Counted from the stretch's first letter, positions 19,577-28,443 are shown. The stretch is DNA of 62,000 nt from Hyalangium minutum (GCF_000737315.1 NZ_JMCB01000004.1:82001-144000); one strand, 5' to 3'. A program made the numbers and translations. The notes: generated by a model from the letters alone, not told the origin.

Positions 19577-20655
19577 CGGTATACCCGCCCGCTGTGAAGC
19601 GTGCTCTGAAGCTCGTGGCCAGTGTGCTGGTCACCCTGCTGTTTACCTGGTGGGCGTTCCGGGAGACCGACTGGAGGGCCCAGTGGGCCAGCCTGCGCTC
19701 GGCCAACTATCTCTACGTGGTGCCGTACTTCGGCATCCTCACGTTGATCCACATCTGCCGCACGGTGCGGTGGGGGTGCCTGCTGTCGGGCATCCAGAAG
19801 GTGCCGTTCCGGCCGCTCAACGAGGCCTCGGGCATCGGCTTCATGATGTTGCTCGTGCTGCCGTTCCGCCTGGGCGAGTTCGCCCGGCCCTTCCTCATCG
19901 CCCAGCGCAGCTCCATCCGCCGCAGCGCGGCGATGACATCCGTGGTGCTGGAGCGCATCACGGACGGGCTCCTGGTGGCCACGCTGCTGCGCGTGCTGCT
20001 CTTCTTCATCCCCGAGGAGACGGCGCAGGTGCGCTACGTGAAGCTGGGCTCCACGCTGATGTTCGCCGTGTTCGGCGGTGGGCTGGCGTTCCTGCTCTTC
20101 GCACGTTGGCAGCATGACCGCGCGGTGCACCTGGTGCGCATCACGGTGGGGCGGGTGTCGCCAGGACTGGCCCACAAGATGGCGGACGTCGTCGACGGCT
20201 TCGTGGGGGCGATGCGCCAGCTTCCGGGGCCGGGGCAGCTCGCGCTCTTCTTCGCCCTTACCCTGACGTACTGGGGGCTGAACGGCGCGGGCATGGCGCT
20301 GGTGGCGCGGGCCTTCGGCTGCGTGGGCGTCACCGACGCCGCGTGCCAGCCCATGAGCCTGACGCTCTTCCAGGGCTACGTGGTGATGACGGTGCTGGTG
20401 GTGGGGCTGATGATCCCGGCGGCGCCCGGGATGATGGGCACCTTCCAGGCGGCGACCAAGGTGGGCCTCGGCCTCTTCTTGCCCGCCACGGTGGTGAACG
20501 CGAGCGGGCTGGCCTACGCGAACGTGGTGTGGCTGTGCCAGACGGTGCAGCAGGTGGGCTTCGGCCTGCTCCTGCTGTCCCTGGGGCACCTGTCCTTCAA
20601 GGACATCGCCAACAAGCTGGACAAGGAAGGCGAGGCCTCGGCGCCCATGGCGTGA
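19573..20655 (+). CDS. Lysylphosphatidylglycerol-synthase-TM (UPF0104/flippase-like) membrane protein
   Basis: RTVRW, LPFRLGEFARP, VVLERITDG, IPAAPG; multiple TM helices. Confidence 0.88.
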   Translation: MTVYPPAVKRALKLVASVLVTLLFTWWAFRETDWRAQWASLRSANYLYVVPYFGILTLIHICRTVRWGCLLSGIQKVPFRPLNEASGIGFMMLLVLPFRLGEFARPFLIAQRSSIRRSAAMTSVVLERITDGLLVATLLRVLLFFIPEETAQVRYVKLGSTLMFAVFGGGLAFLLFARWQHDRAVHLVRITVGRVSPGLAHKMADVVDGFVGAMRQLPGPGQLALFFALTLTYWGLNGAGMALVARAFGCVGVTDAACQPMSLTLFQGYVVMTVLVVGLMIPAAPGMMGTFQAATKVGLGLFLPATVVNASGLAYANVVWLCQTVQQVGFGLLLLSLGHLSFKDIANKLDKEGEASAPMA

Positions 20656-20679
20656 GGCCCGCCGCTTCCGGGCTCGGGA

Positions 20680-20844
20680 CTACAGCTCCTCGTTGAGCCA
20701 GCGGATGATGGCGCCCTTGATGGAGGAGGCGGCCTCCTTGCGTGGCGCGGGCTGCGAGGGACGCGTGTTCTGCAGCTCCCGGAGGAAATCCACGGGCAGC
20801 GCGTCGCGGATGTGGCGCGTGTCCTGCACGGTGGCCGTCGTCAC
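20680..20844 (-). CDS. Small protein (54 aa), not in ORF track
   Basis: MTTATVQDTRHIRDALPVDFLRELQNTRPSQPAPRKEAASSIKGAIIRWLNEEL; GTG overlaps the RHH stop (GTGA); nearly all codons end in G/C. Confidence 0.7.
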   Translation of the reverse strand: MTTATVQDTRHIRDALPVDFLRELQNTRPSQPAPRKEAASSIKGAIIRWLNEEL

Positions 20845-21077
20845 GGCGTGCCCCCGCGGCCGTACTTGGAGAGCAGATCCTCCACCGCCTCGCGGAGGTA
20901 CTCGCTCTGGGCGATGCGCGAGCGCCGGGACAGCTCGCGGAGCTTCTGCACCTGCTCTTCGGCGACGAGGACGTGGGTGGATACGACTTCGGCCTCGGGA
21001 CCGGCGCGGCGCTCGCCGGTGTCGACCGGAGCCGACACGGTGTCGGCGCTCAACGGGCTGATGTTGCCATCCTGCAT
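20841..21077 (-). CDS. Ribbon-helix-helix DNA-binding protein (CdbA-like)
   Basis: VSTHVLVAEEQVQKLRELSRRSRIAQSEYLREAVEDLLSKY; AGGAGG before ATG 21077. Confidence 0.85.
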   Translation of the reverse strand: MQDGNISPLSADTVSAPVDTGERRAGPEAEVVSTHVLVAEEQVQKLRELSRRSRIAQSEYLREAVEDLLSKYGRGGTP

Positions 21078-21157
21078 CGGGGGCCTCCTGCCTGACGGGC
21101 TGCTACAGGCCGCTACTGGCCTGTGGGGAGGCATTAGGAGGTCGCCAGGGCCTTCCG

Positions 21158-22090
21158 TCAAAAAAAGTACCCACGGCTGTGTGCCAGCCACCGCCAACCC
21201 AGCAGCACGGGCACGGCGAGCAGTCCGAGCAGCAGCCCCGTGCGCAGAGGCGTCGAGTGACGCCAGGGGGCGCTCAGGGCGGCGGAGGGGGTGGGCGCGA
21301 GCGGCTGGCTCGAGGCGGGTGCGGCCGGGCGGAGCGGACGCCGGATCAGGGTGCTCAGGAGCCGAGGGCGCGGGGCCGCGCCGTTGACGTAGACCTCGCG
21401 CTTGGGATGGCGGGCGCTCCGGACGATGGCGCGGGCAATGCGATCGGCGGCGTAGAGGGGCTCGAGCGGCTTCACGCGCTTGTGGGTGGCGGAGGCGCCC
21501 TGGTGGAGGAGCGGCGTGGTGAGCGTCGCGGGGAGCACGGTGACGACGCGGACGAGAGCGTCCCGGCCCTCTTGGCGCAGCGTCTCGGAGAGCCCGCGCA
21601 GGGCGTACTTCGAAGTCGCATAGGCGTTCTGGTACGGCGCGCCCAGGGTGCCGAAGACGGAGGAGACATTGATCAGCACGCCGTGGCCCTGCTGGTGGAA
21701 AGTGGGCAGGGCGGCGCGAGCCCCCTGGAGGTAGCCGACGAGGTGCGTCTCGACGCGCTGGCGGAAGGCGTCGGGCGGCGTGTCCTGGAGGCCGACGAAG
21801 AGGGACTCCTCCGCGTTGTTCACCCAGACGTCGATGCGCTGGAAGGCCCCCGCCGCGAGCTGTGCGAGCTCATGCGAGGAGGCCTCGTCCGTGACGTCGG
21901 CGGGGAGCACCAGGGTCCGCGCGCCCAGCCGCTCACATTCGGAGGCCAGCTGGCGCAGCGCGGACTCGCTGCGCGCGGTGAGGACCACGGTGGCGCCCTT
22001 GCGGGCGAACCGAAGCGCCGTGGCTCGGCCAATGGCGCTGGAAGCTCCTGTGATGACGACGACCGACTCGCGCAGTTTTGTGGCGCCCAT
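21158..22090 (-). CDS. Short-chain dehydrogenase/reductase
   Basis: VITGASSAIG, VWVNNA, S...YATSK. Confidence 0.9.
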   Translation of the reverse strand: MGATKLRESVVVITGASSAIGRATALRFARKGATVVLTARSESALRQLASECERLGARTLVLPADVTDEASSHELAQLAAGAFQRIDVWVNNAEESLFVGLQDTPPDAFRQRVETHLVGYLQGARAALPTFHQQGHGVLINVSSVFGTLGAPYQNAYATSKYALRGLSETLRQEGRDALVRVVTVLPATLTTPLLHQGASATHKRVKPLEPLYAADRIARAIVRSARHPKREVYVNGAAPRPRLLSTLIRRPLRPAAPASSQPLAPTPSAALSAPWRHSTPLRTGLLLGLLAVPVLLGWRWLAHSRGYFF

Positions 22091-22192
22091 ACCCCTCCCG
22101 TGCTTGGCCTCCTCAAAATGGCCCTCTCCGCGGGTTCAGCGAGGCAGGAGGGGTGGAATGAGGGCTCTCCCGGTGCCCTGGAGGGCAGCCGG

Positions 22193-22423
22193 TCAAGCGA
22201 TGATGTCCGGCTTGCCGGGGGGCTGGTCGGGGACCGGCGGATCCTGAATCCCAGGAACGGGCTTGCCCGGCTCGGGCCCCCGAGGCGGCGGATCCTTCTC
22301 TGGAGGCTGTTTGGCGGGAGGGTCTCCTTCGGGTGCTTTCTCGGGAGGAGGCTCTCGCTGAGGAACTTCGGGGATGGGCTCCTTCACGGGCGCTTTCGGC
22401 GGTGGCGGAATCTCGACAGGCAT
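22193..22423 (-). CDS. Small Pro/Glu/Lys-rich hypothetical protein
   Basis: 76-aa ORF with GAGG before the ATG; low-complexity, no family recognised. Confidence 0.5.
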   Translation of the reverse strand: MPVEIPPPPKAPVKEPIPEVPQREPPPEKAPEGDPPAKQPPEKDPPPRGPEPGKPVPGIQDPPVPDQPPGKPDIIA

Positions 22424-22635
22424 GGTCCCTCATCAGCACGGGCGAGCGCTCGGGCGTGAGGCCCACGCCTCGCCCTGGGTTCGAGCCTTCAAGGTGTCCA
22501 TCCCGCGAGGCCGGTGCAGTGGGACTGTCGCCGGGTCAACGCGAGGCAGACGGTGAAGGAGTTCCTTGCTCGGTTGCTGCTCAGGGGCAGCGTCGCCTTC
22601 ACGTTGAGGAGGCGAACACAAAGGGAGGCCAGGTG

Positions 22636-23829
22636 ATGACCAGAGCACGGTGGGTACTCGGCGGCGCGGGGCTCGGAGCGGCGGTGATGTACTGGGCGGA
22701 TCCACGCAGCGGGAGGGCCCGCCGGGCGCACGTCCGGGAGAAGGCGTGGCACCTGATGCTGAGCGTGGGGGATGCGTTGGAGGTGGTGGGGCGGGACATG
22801 GCGCACCGGGCGCGAGGGCTCGCGTTCAAGCTGCGCAGCCGGTTCCACGAGGAGGACGTGGACGACGTGACGCTGGAGGCGCGCGTGCGCTCGGCGCTCG
22901 GGCGGGTGTGCTCGCATCCGGGGTCGATCCAGGTCTCCTGCCGGCAAGGGCGGGTGGAGCTGAAGGGGCTGGTGCTGGCCAGCGAGGTGAAGCAGGTGCT
23001 CGCGCAGGTCCGCCATGTGCGCGGGGTCCAGGAGATCGACGATGACCTGGAGCCGCATCCGGAGGCGGGGAACCATCCGAAGCTTCAAGGGGGCATCGAG
23101 CGCCCGGGGGTGCGGCCGGAGTTGATGCAGCGGAGCTGGTCTCCGTCGGCGCGGTTCCTGGTGGGGCTGGGGAGCCTGGGGCTGCTGGCGTATGGGCTCT
23201 CGAGTCGAGGCGTGGTGCGGTGGGGGCTGGGCGGGGTGAGCTTGCTGCTGGGAGTGCGCAGCGTGACGAACGTGGAACTGCGGCGGCTGACGGGGGTGGG
23301 GGTAGGGCCGCAGGCGCTGACGCTTCATAAGGACATCACCGTGAGCGCGCCGGTGAATGAGGTGTTCGCGTTCTGGCAGGCCATGCACAACTTCCCGCGC
23401 TTCATGCGGCACGTGGAGGAGGTGCGGCTGCACAAAGAGGGCCGCTCGAGCTGGAAGGTGCGCGGGCCGGCGGGCATTCTCTTCGAGTGGGACGCGGTGA
23501 CGACACGTATCGAGCCCGGGAAGCTGCTCGAGTGGAAGAGCGTGGAGGGGGCGATGGTGGAGAACGCGGGCTGCATCCGCTTCGAAGATGTGGGGAACGG
23601 GCGGACGCGGCTGGACATCCGGCTGTCGTACAACCCACCGGCGGGAGCCATCGGGCACGCGTTCGCGCGGCTGCTGGGGGCGGATCCGAAGAGGCAGATG
23701 GACGATGATCTGCTGCGCTTCAAGTCGCTGATGGAGCTGGGCAAGACGACAGGGCACGAGACGGTGCGGCGGGACGAGCTCGTGCCAGGGCGTGGGGTGG
23801 AGAACTGGGTCTACTCGGAGCGGGGCTGA
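22636..23829 (+). CDS. BON-domain + SRPBCC (cyclase/dehydrase) family protein
   Basis: DDVTLEARVRSALGR...GRVELKG (BON); ITVSAPVNEVFAFW...NFPRFM, W...GPAG, DLLRFKSLME (SRPBCC). GGAGG before ATG 22636. Confidence 0.9.
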   Translation: MTRARWVLGGAGLGAAVMYWADPRSGRARRAHVREKAWHLMLSVGDALEVVGRDMAHRARGLAFKLRSRFHEEDVDDVTLEARVRSALGRVCSHPGSIQVSCRQGRVELKGLVLASEVKQVLAQVRHVRGVQEIDDDLEPHPEAGNHPKLQGGIERPGVRPELMQRSWSPSARFLVGLGSLGLLAYGLSSRGVVRWGLGGVSLLLGVRSVTNVELRRLTGVGVGPQALTLHKDITVSAPVNEVFAFWQAMHNFPRFMRHVEEVRLHKEGRSSWKVRGPAGILFEWDAVTTRIEPGKLLEWKSVEGAMVENAGCIRFEDVGNGRTRLDIRLSYNPPAGAIGHAFARLLGADPKRQMDDDLLRFKSLMELGKTTGHETVRRDELVPGRGVENWVYSERG

Positions 23830-23912
23830 GCGGTGGCAGGGTTGCCTGCTCGGTTCGGGTGGATCCGGACGGGGCTGCTTGTTAGGCACAGAACTTCACC
23901 CAAGGAGTAGCT

Positions 23913-24404
23913 GTGTTCCGACTCGAGACAGATCGGGCCCTCATCGAGGCCTTTCGCCCGCGGGATCGCCGGGTGATCGAGATGCCCGAGAACGTGATGT
24001 TCCCGCTCTTCGTGCGCGACTACCTGGCGTGGACGGAGACGTCGGGGGCACGGGTGTACCTGGTGTTCGCCGCGCCGGTCAGCCGCAAGCCGATTGGCAT
24101 CATCTTCCGGAGGGAGTCGCAGGACAGTGGGGTGGGCACGTCACGCATCTGCGAGTGGTGCCACAGCTACGGCTCGTCGAGCGAGGTGGGGCTGTTGACC
24201 ACGGACGTGAACAGCAAGCGCCGGGTGGGGGTGCACCTCTGCCTGGACCTGCGGTGCAAGGAGAAGCTGGAGGACGCGGCGGATCGGGCCGGGCGGCATC
24301 CGATCGAGATCCTCAAGCAGCTCCAGGAGCGCATGTTCCGCTTCGCGCACGAGGCGCTCGGCATCGAGGCCCAGCCCACGTCAGATCGGGCTGTCGTTCC
24401 GTAG
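23913..24404 (+). CDS. FBP C-terminal treble-clef zinc-finger protein (FusB-C-like)
   Basis: DYLAW, CEWCH...CLDLRC four-Cys site. Confidence 0.8.
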   Translation: MFRLETDRALIEAFRPRDRRVIEMPENVMFPLFVRDYLAWTETSGARVYLVFAAPVSRKPIGIIFRRESQDSGVGTSRICEWCHSYGSSSEVGLLTTDVNSKRRVGVHLCLDLRCKEKLEDAADRAGRHPIEILKQLQERMFRFAHEALGIEAQPTSDRAVVP

Positions 24405-24451
24405 GAAGCGAGCGGGAGACCCATGAGGTAGGGTAGGGTGCTGAGGAGCGG

Positions 24452-25975
24452 ATGTCCGCCCTGCACTGGAGCCCACCCATGGGGAAGCGAGAGCCCTTGC
24501 TGGAAGAGAACCCGCGCTGCTTGCCAGTGGGGATGCAGGTGGGCCCGTGGCGGGTAGTGGGCTTCGGAGGGCTGGGGGCCTACGGCACCACGTATCAGGT
24601 GGAGCGGGTGGGGCGCGAAGACGAGGGACCGTTCGCGCTCAAGCTGGCGGTGTACCCGGGAGATGAGCGCTTCGAGCGCGAGGCGAAGCTGCTCTCGCGC
24701 ATCCGCAGCCCGTTCGTTCCGCGGCTCCATGATCAGGGCGTGTGGGAGTTCGCTTCGGGCCGCCATCCCTATCTCGTCATGGACTGGATCGACGGCGAGC
24801 CGCTGTATGAGTGGGCCGCGCGGCGAAACCCCTCGCAGCGGCAGGTGCTGGGACTGGTGGCGCAGGTAGCGCGAGCCCTGGCGGACACGCATGCGGCCGG
24901 GGGCCTTCACCGGGATGTGAAGGGCGCGAACGTGCTGGTGAGGCGCGCGGACGGTCAGGCGATCCTCACGGACTTTGGCGCGGGGGACTACCGGGGAGCG
25001 GAGACGTTGACGTCGAAGCTGTTGCCCCCGGGGACGCCGGCCTACCGCAGCCCCGAGGCGTGGGCATTCCTGAGTGCATTCCGGCGGCACCCCACCGTGC
25101 ACTACCCGGCCAGCACGTGCGACGACCTGTTTGCCTTGGGAGTGATGGCGTACCGGCTGGTGACGGACCAGTACCCGCCGTTGACGAACCCGTCGGTGCC
25201 CGGCTCGGAGGTGTGGCGAGAGGGAGGGGGTGGGCCGCGTCCGCCGAGTGCGCTCAATCCGCAGGTGGGCTCTGAGCTGGACAGGCTGATTCTCCGGCTG
25301 TTGGCGGTGGCTCCCGAGGAGCGATTTCAAGGTGTGGCGCAGGAGGCCGCCCAGGCAGCGGAGCGGGCCCGAGAGAGCATTCCCCCCGAGAGAGACACGC
25401 CGTTGTTCCGCTGGAGCTTGGGGCGTGGCCCGGGCTGGCGGTCACCGGAGGCGGTGAAGTGGGCAGAGGAGCGGGAGGCAGAGAGAGCGGAGCTCGCGCG
25501 GCGGAGGGCGGAGGAACGGGTTCGGGCCGCAAGTGCTGCGGTGCAGGTCCGCCCTGTCGAGTTCACGTGGACATGGGGTGTGGAGGGCGCAGCTGCGGCG
25601 GTGGCGGTGCTCCTCCTGCTCATGGTGGGCGCGGCGCTGAACCGTGCCCACGAGTTGCTCGAGGGCGTGGCTGCGGAGGGGGCGGCTGTGGCGGTGGGGG
25701 ATCGCCGACTCCACGTGCCTTGCGAGACGTGCGCTCGGAAGGAGCGGGAAGAGAGCACTGCCACCGTGACCCAGCCGCTGCCCGAGAAGCCGCTGCCAGG
25801 GCAGCGCAAGCCACCGTGCAACAAGAACGGACAGACGGAACTCAGGGGTGGGTGTTGGTACCGGCTCAACGATGCCAAGCCCCCCTGCGCAGAGGACAAC
25901 TACGTGTGGCAGGGAGCCTGTTACGCGCCGGTGCCCGCTTCCACGCGGCCCCAGCCCGCAGCGGATCCGCCGTAG
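24452..25975 (+). CDS. Ser/Thr protein kinase with TM helix and C-terminal Cys-rich domain
   Basis: GLGAYGTTY, FALK, LHRDVKGANV, TDFG, GTPAYRSPE; tail PLPGQRKPPC...GGCW...PPC...GACY. Start may be 24479. Confidence 0.9.
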   Translation: MSALHWSPPMGKREPLLEENPRCLPVGMQVGPWRVVGFGGLGAYGTTYQVERVGREDEGPFALKLAVYPGDERFEREAKLLSRIRSPFVPRLHDQGVWEFASGRHPYLVMDWIDGEPLYEWAARRNPSQRQVLGLVAQVARALADTHAAGGLHRDVKGANVLVRRADGQAILTDFGAGDYRGAETLTSKLLPPGTPAYRSPEAWAFLSAFRRHPTVHYPASTCDDLFALGVMAYRLVTDQYPPLTNPSVPGSEVWREGGGGPRPPSALNPQVGSELDRLILRLLAVAPEERFQGVAQEAAQAAERARESIPPERDTPLFRWSLGRGPGWRSPEAVKWAEEREAERAELARRRAEERVRAASAAVQVRPVEFTWTWGVEGAAAAVAVLLLLMVGAALNRAHELLEGVAAEGAAVAVGDRRLHVPCETCARKEREESTATVTQPLPEKPLPGQRKPPCNKNGQTELRGGCWYRLNDAKPPCAEDNYVWQGACYAPVPASTRPQPAADPP

Positions 25976-26146
25976 CCGCCAGGAATCTCACGCTGCGGAG
26001 GGAGCACCATATAAAGGTGGGAGTCAGTGGGGGCCTCTCCTCCGCAGGAGGGCCCTGGTTGGTCGTCACAGCTGACCAGTCAGCTGTGGCGAACGCCGAC
26101 TCCCCGCTGAGTGGTGACCGGAACGCAGCGAGTCGCAAGGGTCGGA

Positions 26147-26191
26147 CAAAGAAAAGCCCCGGAATCACTCAAGAAAGTGACTCCGGGGCTT
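26147..26191 (-). terminator. Rho-independent terminator of the tRNA gene
   Basis: Minus strand AAGCCCCGGAGTCACT-TTCTTG-AGTGATTCCGGGGCTT followed by TTCTTT, directly after the tRNA 3' end. Confidence 0.8.
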
Positions 26192-26192
26192 G

Positions 26193-26266
26193 TGGCCAGG
26201 GTCGGACTTGAACCGACTACCTGCGGATTATGAGACCGCCGCTCTAACCAGATGAGCTACCTGGCC
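26193..26266 (-). tRNA. tRNA with CAT anticodon (elongator Met or lysidine-modified Ile2); CCA not encoded
   Basis: GGCCAGG acceptor stem pairs with CCTGGCC; D-arm TAGCTCATCTGGTTAGAGC; loop CTCATAA; GGTTCAAGTCC T-loop. No C1:A72 mismatch, so not initiator. Confidence 0.95.
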
Positions 26267-26362
26267 GTGATGTGGGCGCCCTTACTACTGCTCCTGCATG
26301 CGCCATGCAACTGGTACGGACTGCGTACCGGGTGGAGCCCTGAAACCGGCTCCACGGGCGGC

Positions 26363-26390
26363 TCTATACCACACGGTTTTCCGGGGGCAA
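26363..26390 (-). promoter_or_regulatory. Sigma70-type promoter for the tRNA
   Basis: TTGCCC-16 bp-TATAGA with a TG extension and GC-rich discriminator, about 90 nt upstream of the tRNA. Confidence 0.55.
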
Positions 26391-26548
26391 CGAGAAGGAT
26401 GCGCTCTCGCAGCGTGCCCTGTTCAAGAGGTCTCCTATCGCCTCCCGGCCCAGGTCCCGGCGTCCAAGCCAGTGCAGCATGCACGGCTCCGAGATCGAGC
26501 GGCTGGCCCGTGGTGAGCATTGGCGAGGGAGTGCGCCCTTCCATACGC

Positions 26549-27466
26549 TCACTGAGCCATCGTCTCATCCCAGAAAAGGGGCTGGCATGAGTAGGGCTTG
26601 TCCTCCCAACGGCGGCTACAGTGATAGCCGTCTCCGCATACATCGGGGGCATGAGGATCGCAGTCTGGCATGCAGTGATAGCCGTCGCAGACCTTCCCAG
26701 CGCCGCAGGGCGGCAAGCCATCGCCACACTCCTCGACACACTCCATCCACACCTTGCCTGGATGCGGAGGGGCGTAGTCCACTTTGCATTGGCGACCATC
26801 AGGGCAGGGAGTCTGCTGGCACTGGGGGCCATACACCTGCGCGCACACGGAAACACCTTCACTGAACTGGATGCACTGCTGACCCGAGGGGCATCCGCGA
26901 GTCATGCACGTAGGCAGGCAGGCGAACTGGGGAACGGTGTCGGCGCAGAAGAAGCCCTCGGGACAGCCCTTGTTGTCGTCCATGCGGCAAGGTCGGGCAC
27001 ACCACTCCTCTTCACGGCCGCTGCACAGCCATTCAGGAGCGCAGGCATTCGCTTTGTCCCATGGAAGCGTGACGCAGCCGTCCCCTTCCTGGCGCGGACC
27101 CACGGGGACACAGCGGCGAACCTGGGGTCCGTCTCCCCAGGTGGCAATGCGGCGACAGACCTCGCCTTCCAGGCACTGCTCATCCGTCAGGCACTCGCTG
27201 TCAATGCAGGTGGTCCGTGGGTAGCGGTAATCGGAAAAGCAGCCCAGCGGCGGCTCACACTTCTCCTGGCCCGGACCACAGGGCCGCCCGTACGTCGTCA
27301 AGCGCATACGCTGGTCGTGGGTGAGGATGGGGCTGGCGCGCACCCCAGGGGGCGCATCCGTCGGCACCTCTGGCTTCAGCAGCCCCCACAGCAGCACCAG
27401 CAGGGGCAGAGGCAGCAGCACTCCCACGAAGACAGCTACCCACTTGCGCCAGCTCCTCGTCCGCAC
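26549..27466 (-). CDS. Membrane-anchored Cys-rich protein
   Basis: N-terminal TM helix, then more than 30 Cys in short CxxGxxC modules; GTG immediately follows the upstream stop. Confidence 0.8.
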   Translation of the reverse strand: MRTRSWRKWVAVFVGVLLPLPLLVLLWGLLKPEVPTDAPPGVRASPILTHDQRMRLTTYGRPCGPGQEKCEPPLGCFSDYRYPRTTCIDSECLTDEQCLEGEVCRRIATWGDGPQVRRCVPVGPRQEGDGCVTLPWDKANACAPEWLCSGREEEWCARPCRMDDNKGCPEGFFCADTVPQFACLPTCMTRGCPSGQQCIQFSEGVSVCAQVYGPQCQQTPCPDGRQCKVDYAPPHPGKVWMECVEECGDGLPPCGAGKVCDGYHCMPDCDPHAPDVCGDGYHCSRRWEDKPYSCQPLFWDETMAQ

Positions 27467-27688
27467 CTACGGCGGCCCTCCGCACTCAAGACACTCCTTC
27501 GAGTGCTCCTTGCCACGCGCGCAGACCCGCTTGCGTTCCTGGTCCGCGCATCTCCTGATGATGATGACCTGTTCCTGCGCGTCCTTGTGGGCAGCCTTGG
27601 CAATGCGGCCGTCCTTGCCGAATTCAGAGGGGCAGCCGGTTGTTGCCATGACTGAAAGTACGAGCACTCCCGCCCGGAGCCAACCCAT
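27467..27688 (-). CDS. Small lipoprotein with C-terminal Cys motif
   Basis: GGAGGG SD; lipobox ATTGC; C...C...CLEC. Confidence 0.72.
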   Translation of the reverse strand: MGWLRAGVLVLSVMATTGCPSEFGKDGRIAKAAHKDAQEQVIIIRRCADQERKRVCARGKEHSKECLECGGPP

Positions 27689-27808
27689 GAGTCCCTCCCG
27701 TGAAGGACCCTCGACGCTACCAGCGCGGATCCCGTTGCGTCCACGTTGCGGGCAGGGAGGTGGTGCCCAACGTGTCGCGATGAGCCCGCAGGTTGCGTGT
27801 GCGACTTC

Positions 27809-28168
27809 CTACTCAGGCCGGGGCGGCTCGTCCGCTCCAGGTACCAGAATCTTCTCGCCACGCATGCGGGCTCGGAACACCGCAGCCCGCATCAGAAAGA
27901 GGGTGGTGATCGGCGCGGTGAGAGCAATGAACACCGCGATGAGCAGCGCATGAAGATAGAGCTGGCTGTGCTCGAAGGAGATCTGCACCGCCGTGGCGAG
28001 TGCGAAGCCCCAGGTTCCCAGGGTCGCGCCCAAGGTCGGCGCGTGCACGCGCTGAAAGAAGCTCTTCAGACGCAGCAACCCGAACGAGCCGAGCAGTGCC
28101 GCCAGAGCGCCCACCACCACGAGCAACGCGGTCAGAGTATCCACCCACAGAGGAGTCCATCCGTTCAT
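27809..28168 (-). CDS. phaG: Pha/Mrp antiporter subunit G
   Basis: GSFGLLRLKSFFQRVHAPTLGATLG, LTAPI. Confidence 0.93.
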   Translation of the reverse strand: MNGWTPLWVDTLTALLVVVGALAALLGSFGLLRLKSFFQRVHAPTLGATLGTWGFALATAVQISFEHSQLYLHALLIAVFIALTAPITTLFLMRAAVFRARMRGEKILVPGADEPPRPE

Positions 28169-28443
28169 TCGATGATCTCCCCGCGCAGGAGGAACTTGGA
28201 CATTGCCGTGGAGCCCACGAACCCAAACAGGGCGATCAACAGCGCCGCCTCGAAGTAGGAACTGCTGCGGTAGATAAGCCCGAGCGCGAGGATGACCAGC
28301 ATCACGTTCAGGTACAGGCAGTCGAACGCCAGCACGCGGTCCTCCGCCCGGGGTCCGAGAATCATCCGTGCCAGTGCCAGCATCATCGCGAGGGCAAGAC
28401 AGCCCAGGGCGAAGGCCAGCGCCCAGGAGAGGAGAGGGCTCAT
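28165..28443 (-). CDS. phaF: Pha/Mrp antiporter subunit F
   Basis: GPRAEDRVLAFD...FGFVGSTAMSKFLLRGEIIE; ATG 28443 overlaps the phaE stop. Confidence 0.93.
   Translation of the reverse strand: MSPLLSWALAFALGCLALAMMLALARMILGPRAEDRVLAFDCLYLNVMLVILALGLIYRSSSYFEAALLIALFGFVGSTAMSKFLLRGEIIE

Noticed and set aside
23913-24404. Fusidic-acid resistance FusB
   Set aside because: Only the C-terminal zinc-finger-type region is recognisable; the N-terminal helical EF-G-binding domain is not evident.
25993-26191. Retron msr-msd or integrase/att remnant next to the tRNA
   Set aside because: No reverse transcriptase or integrase motifs and no duplicated tRNA 3' end in the window; kept only as an unexplained structured element.
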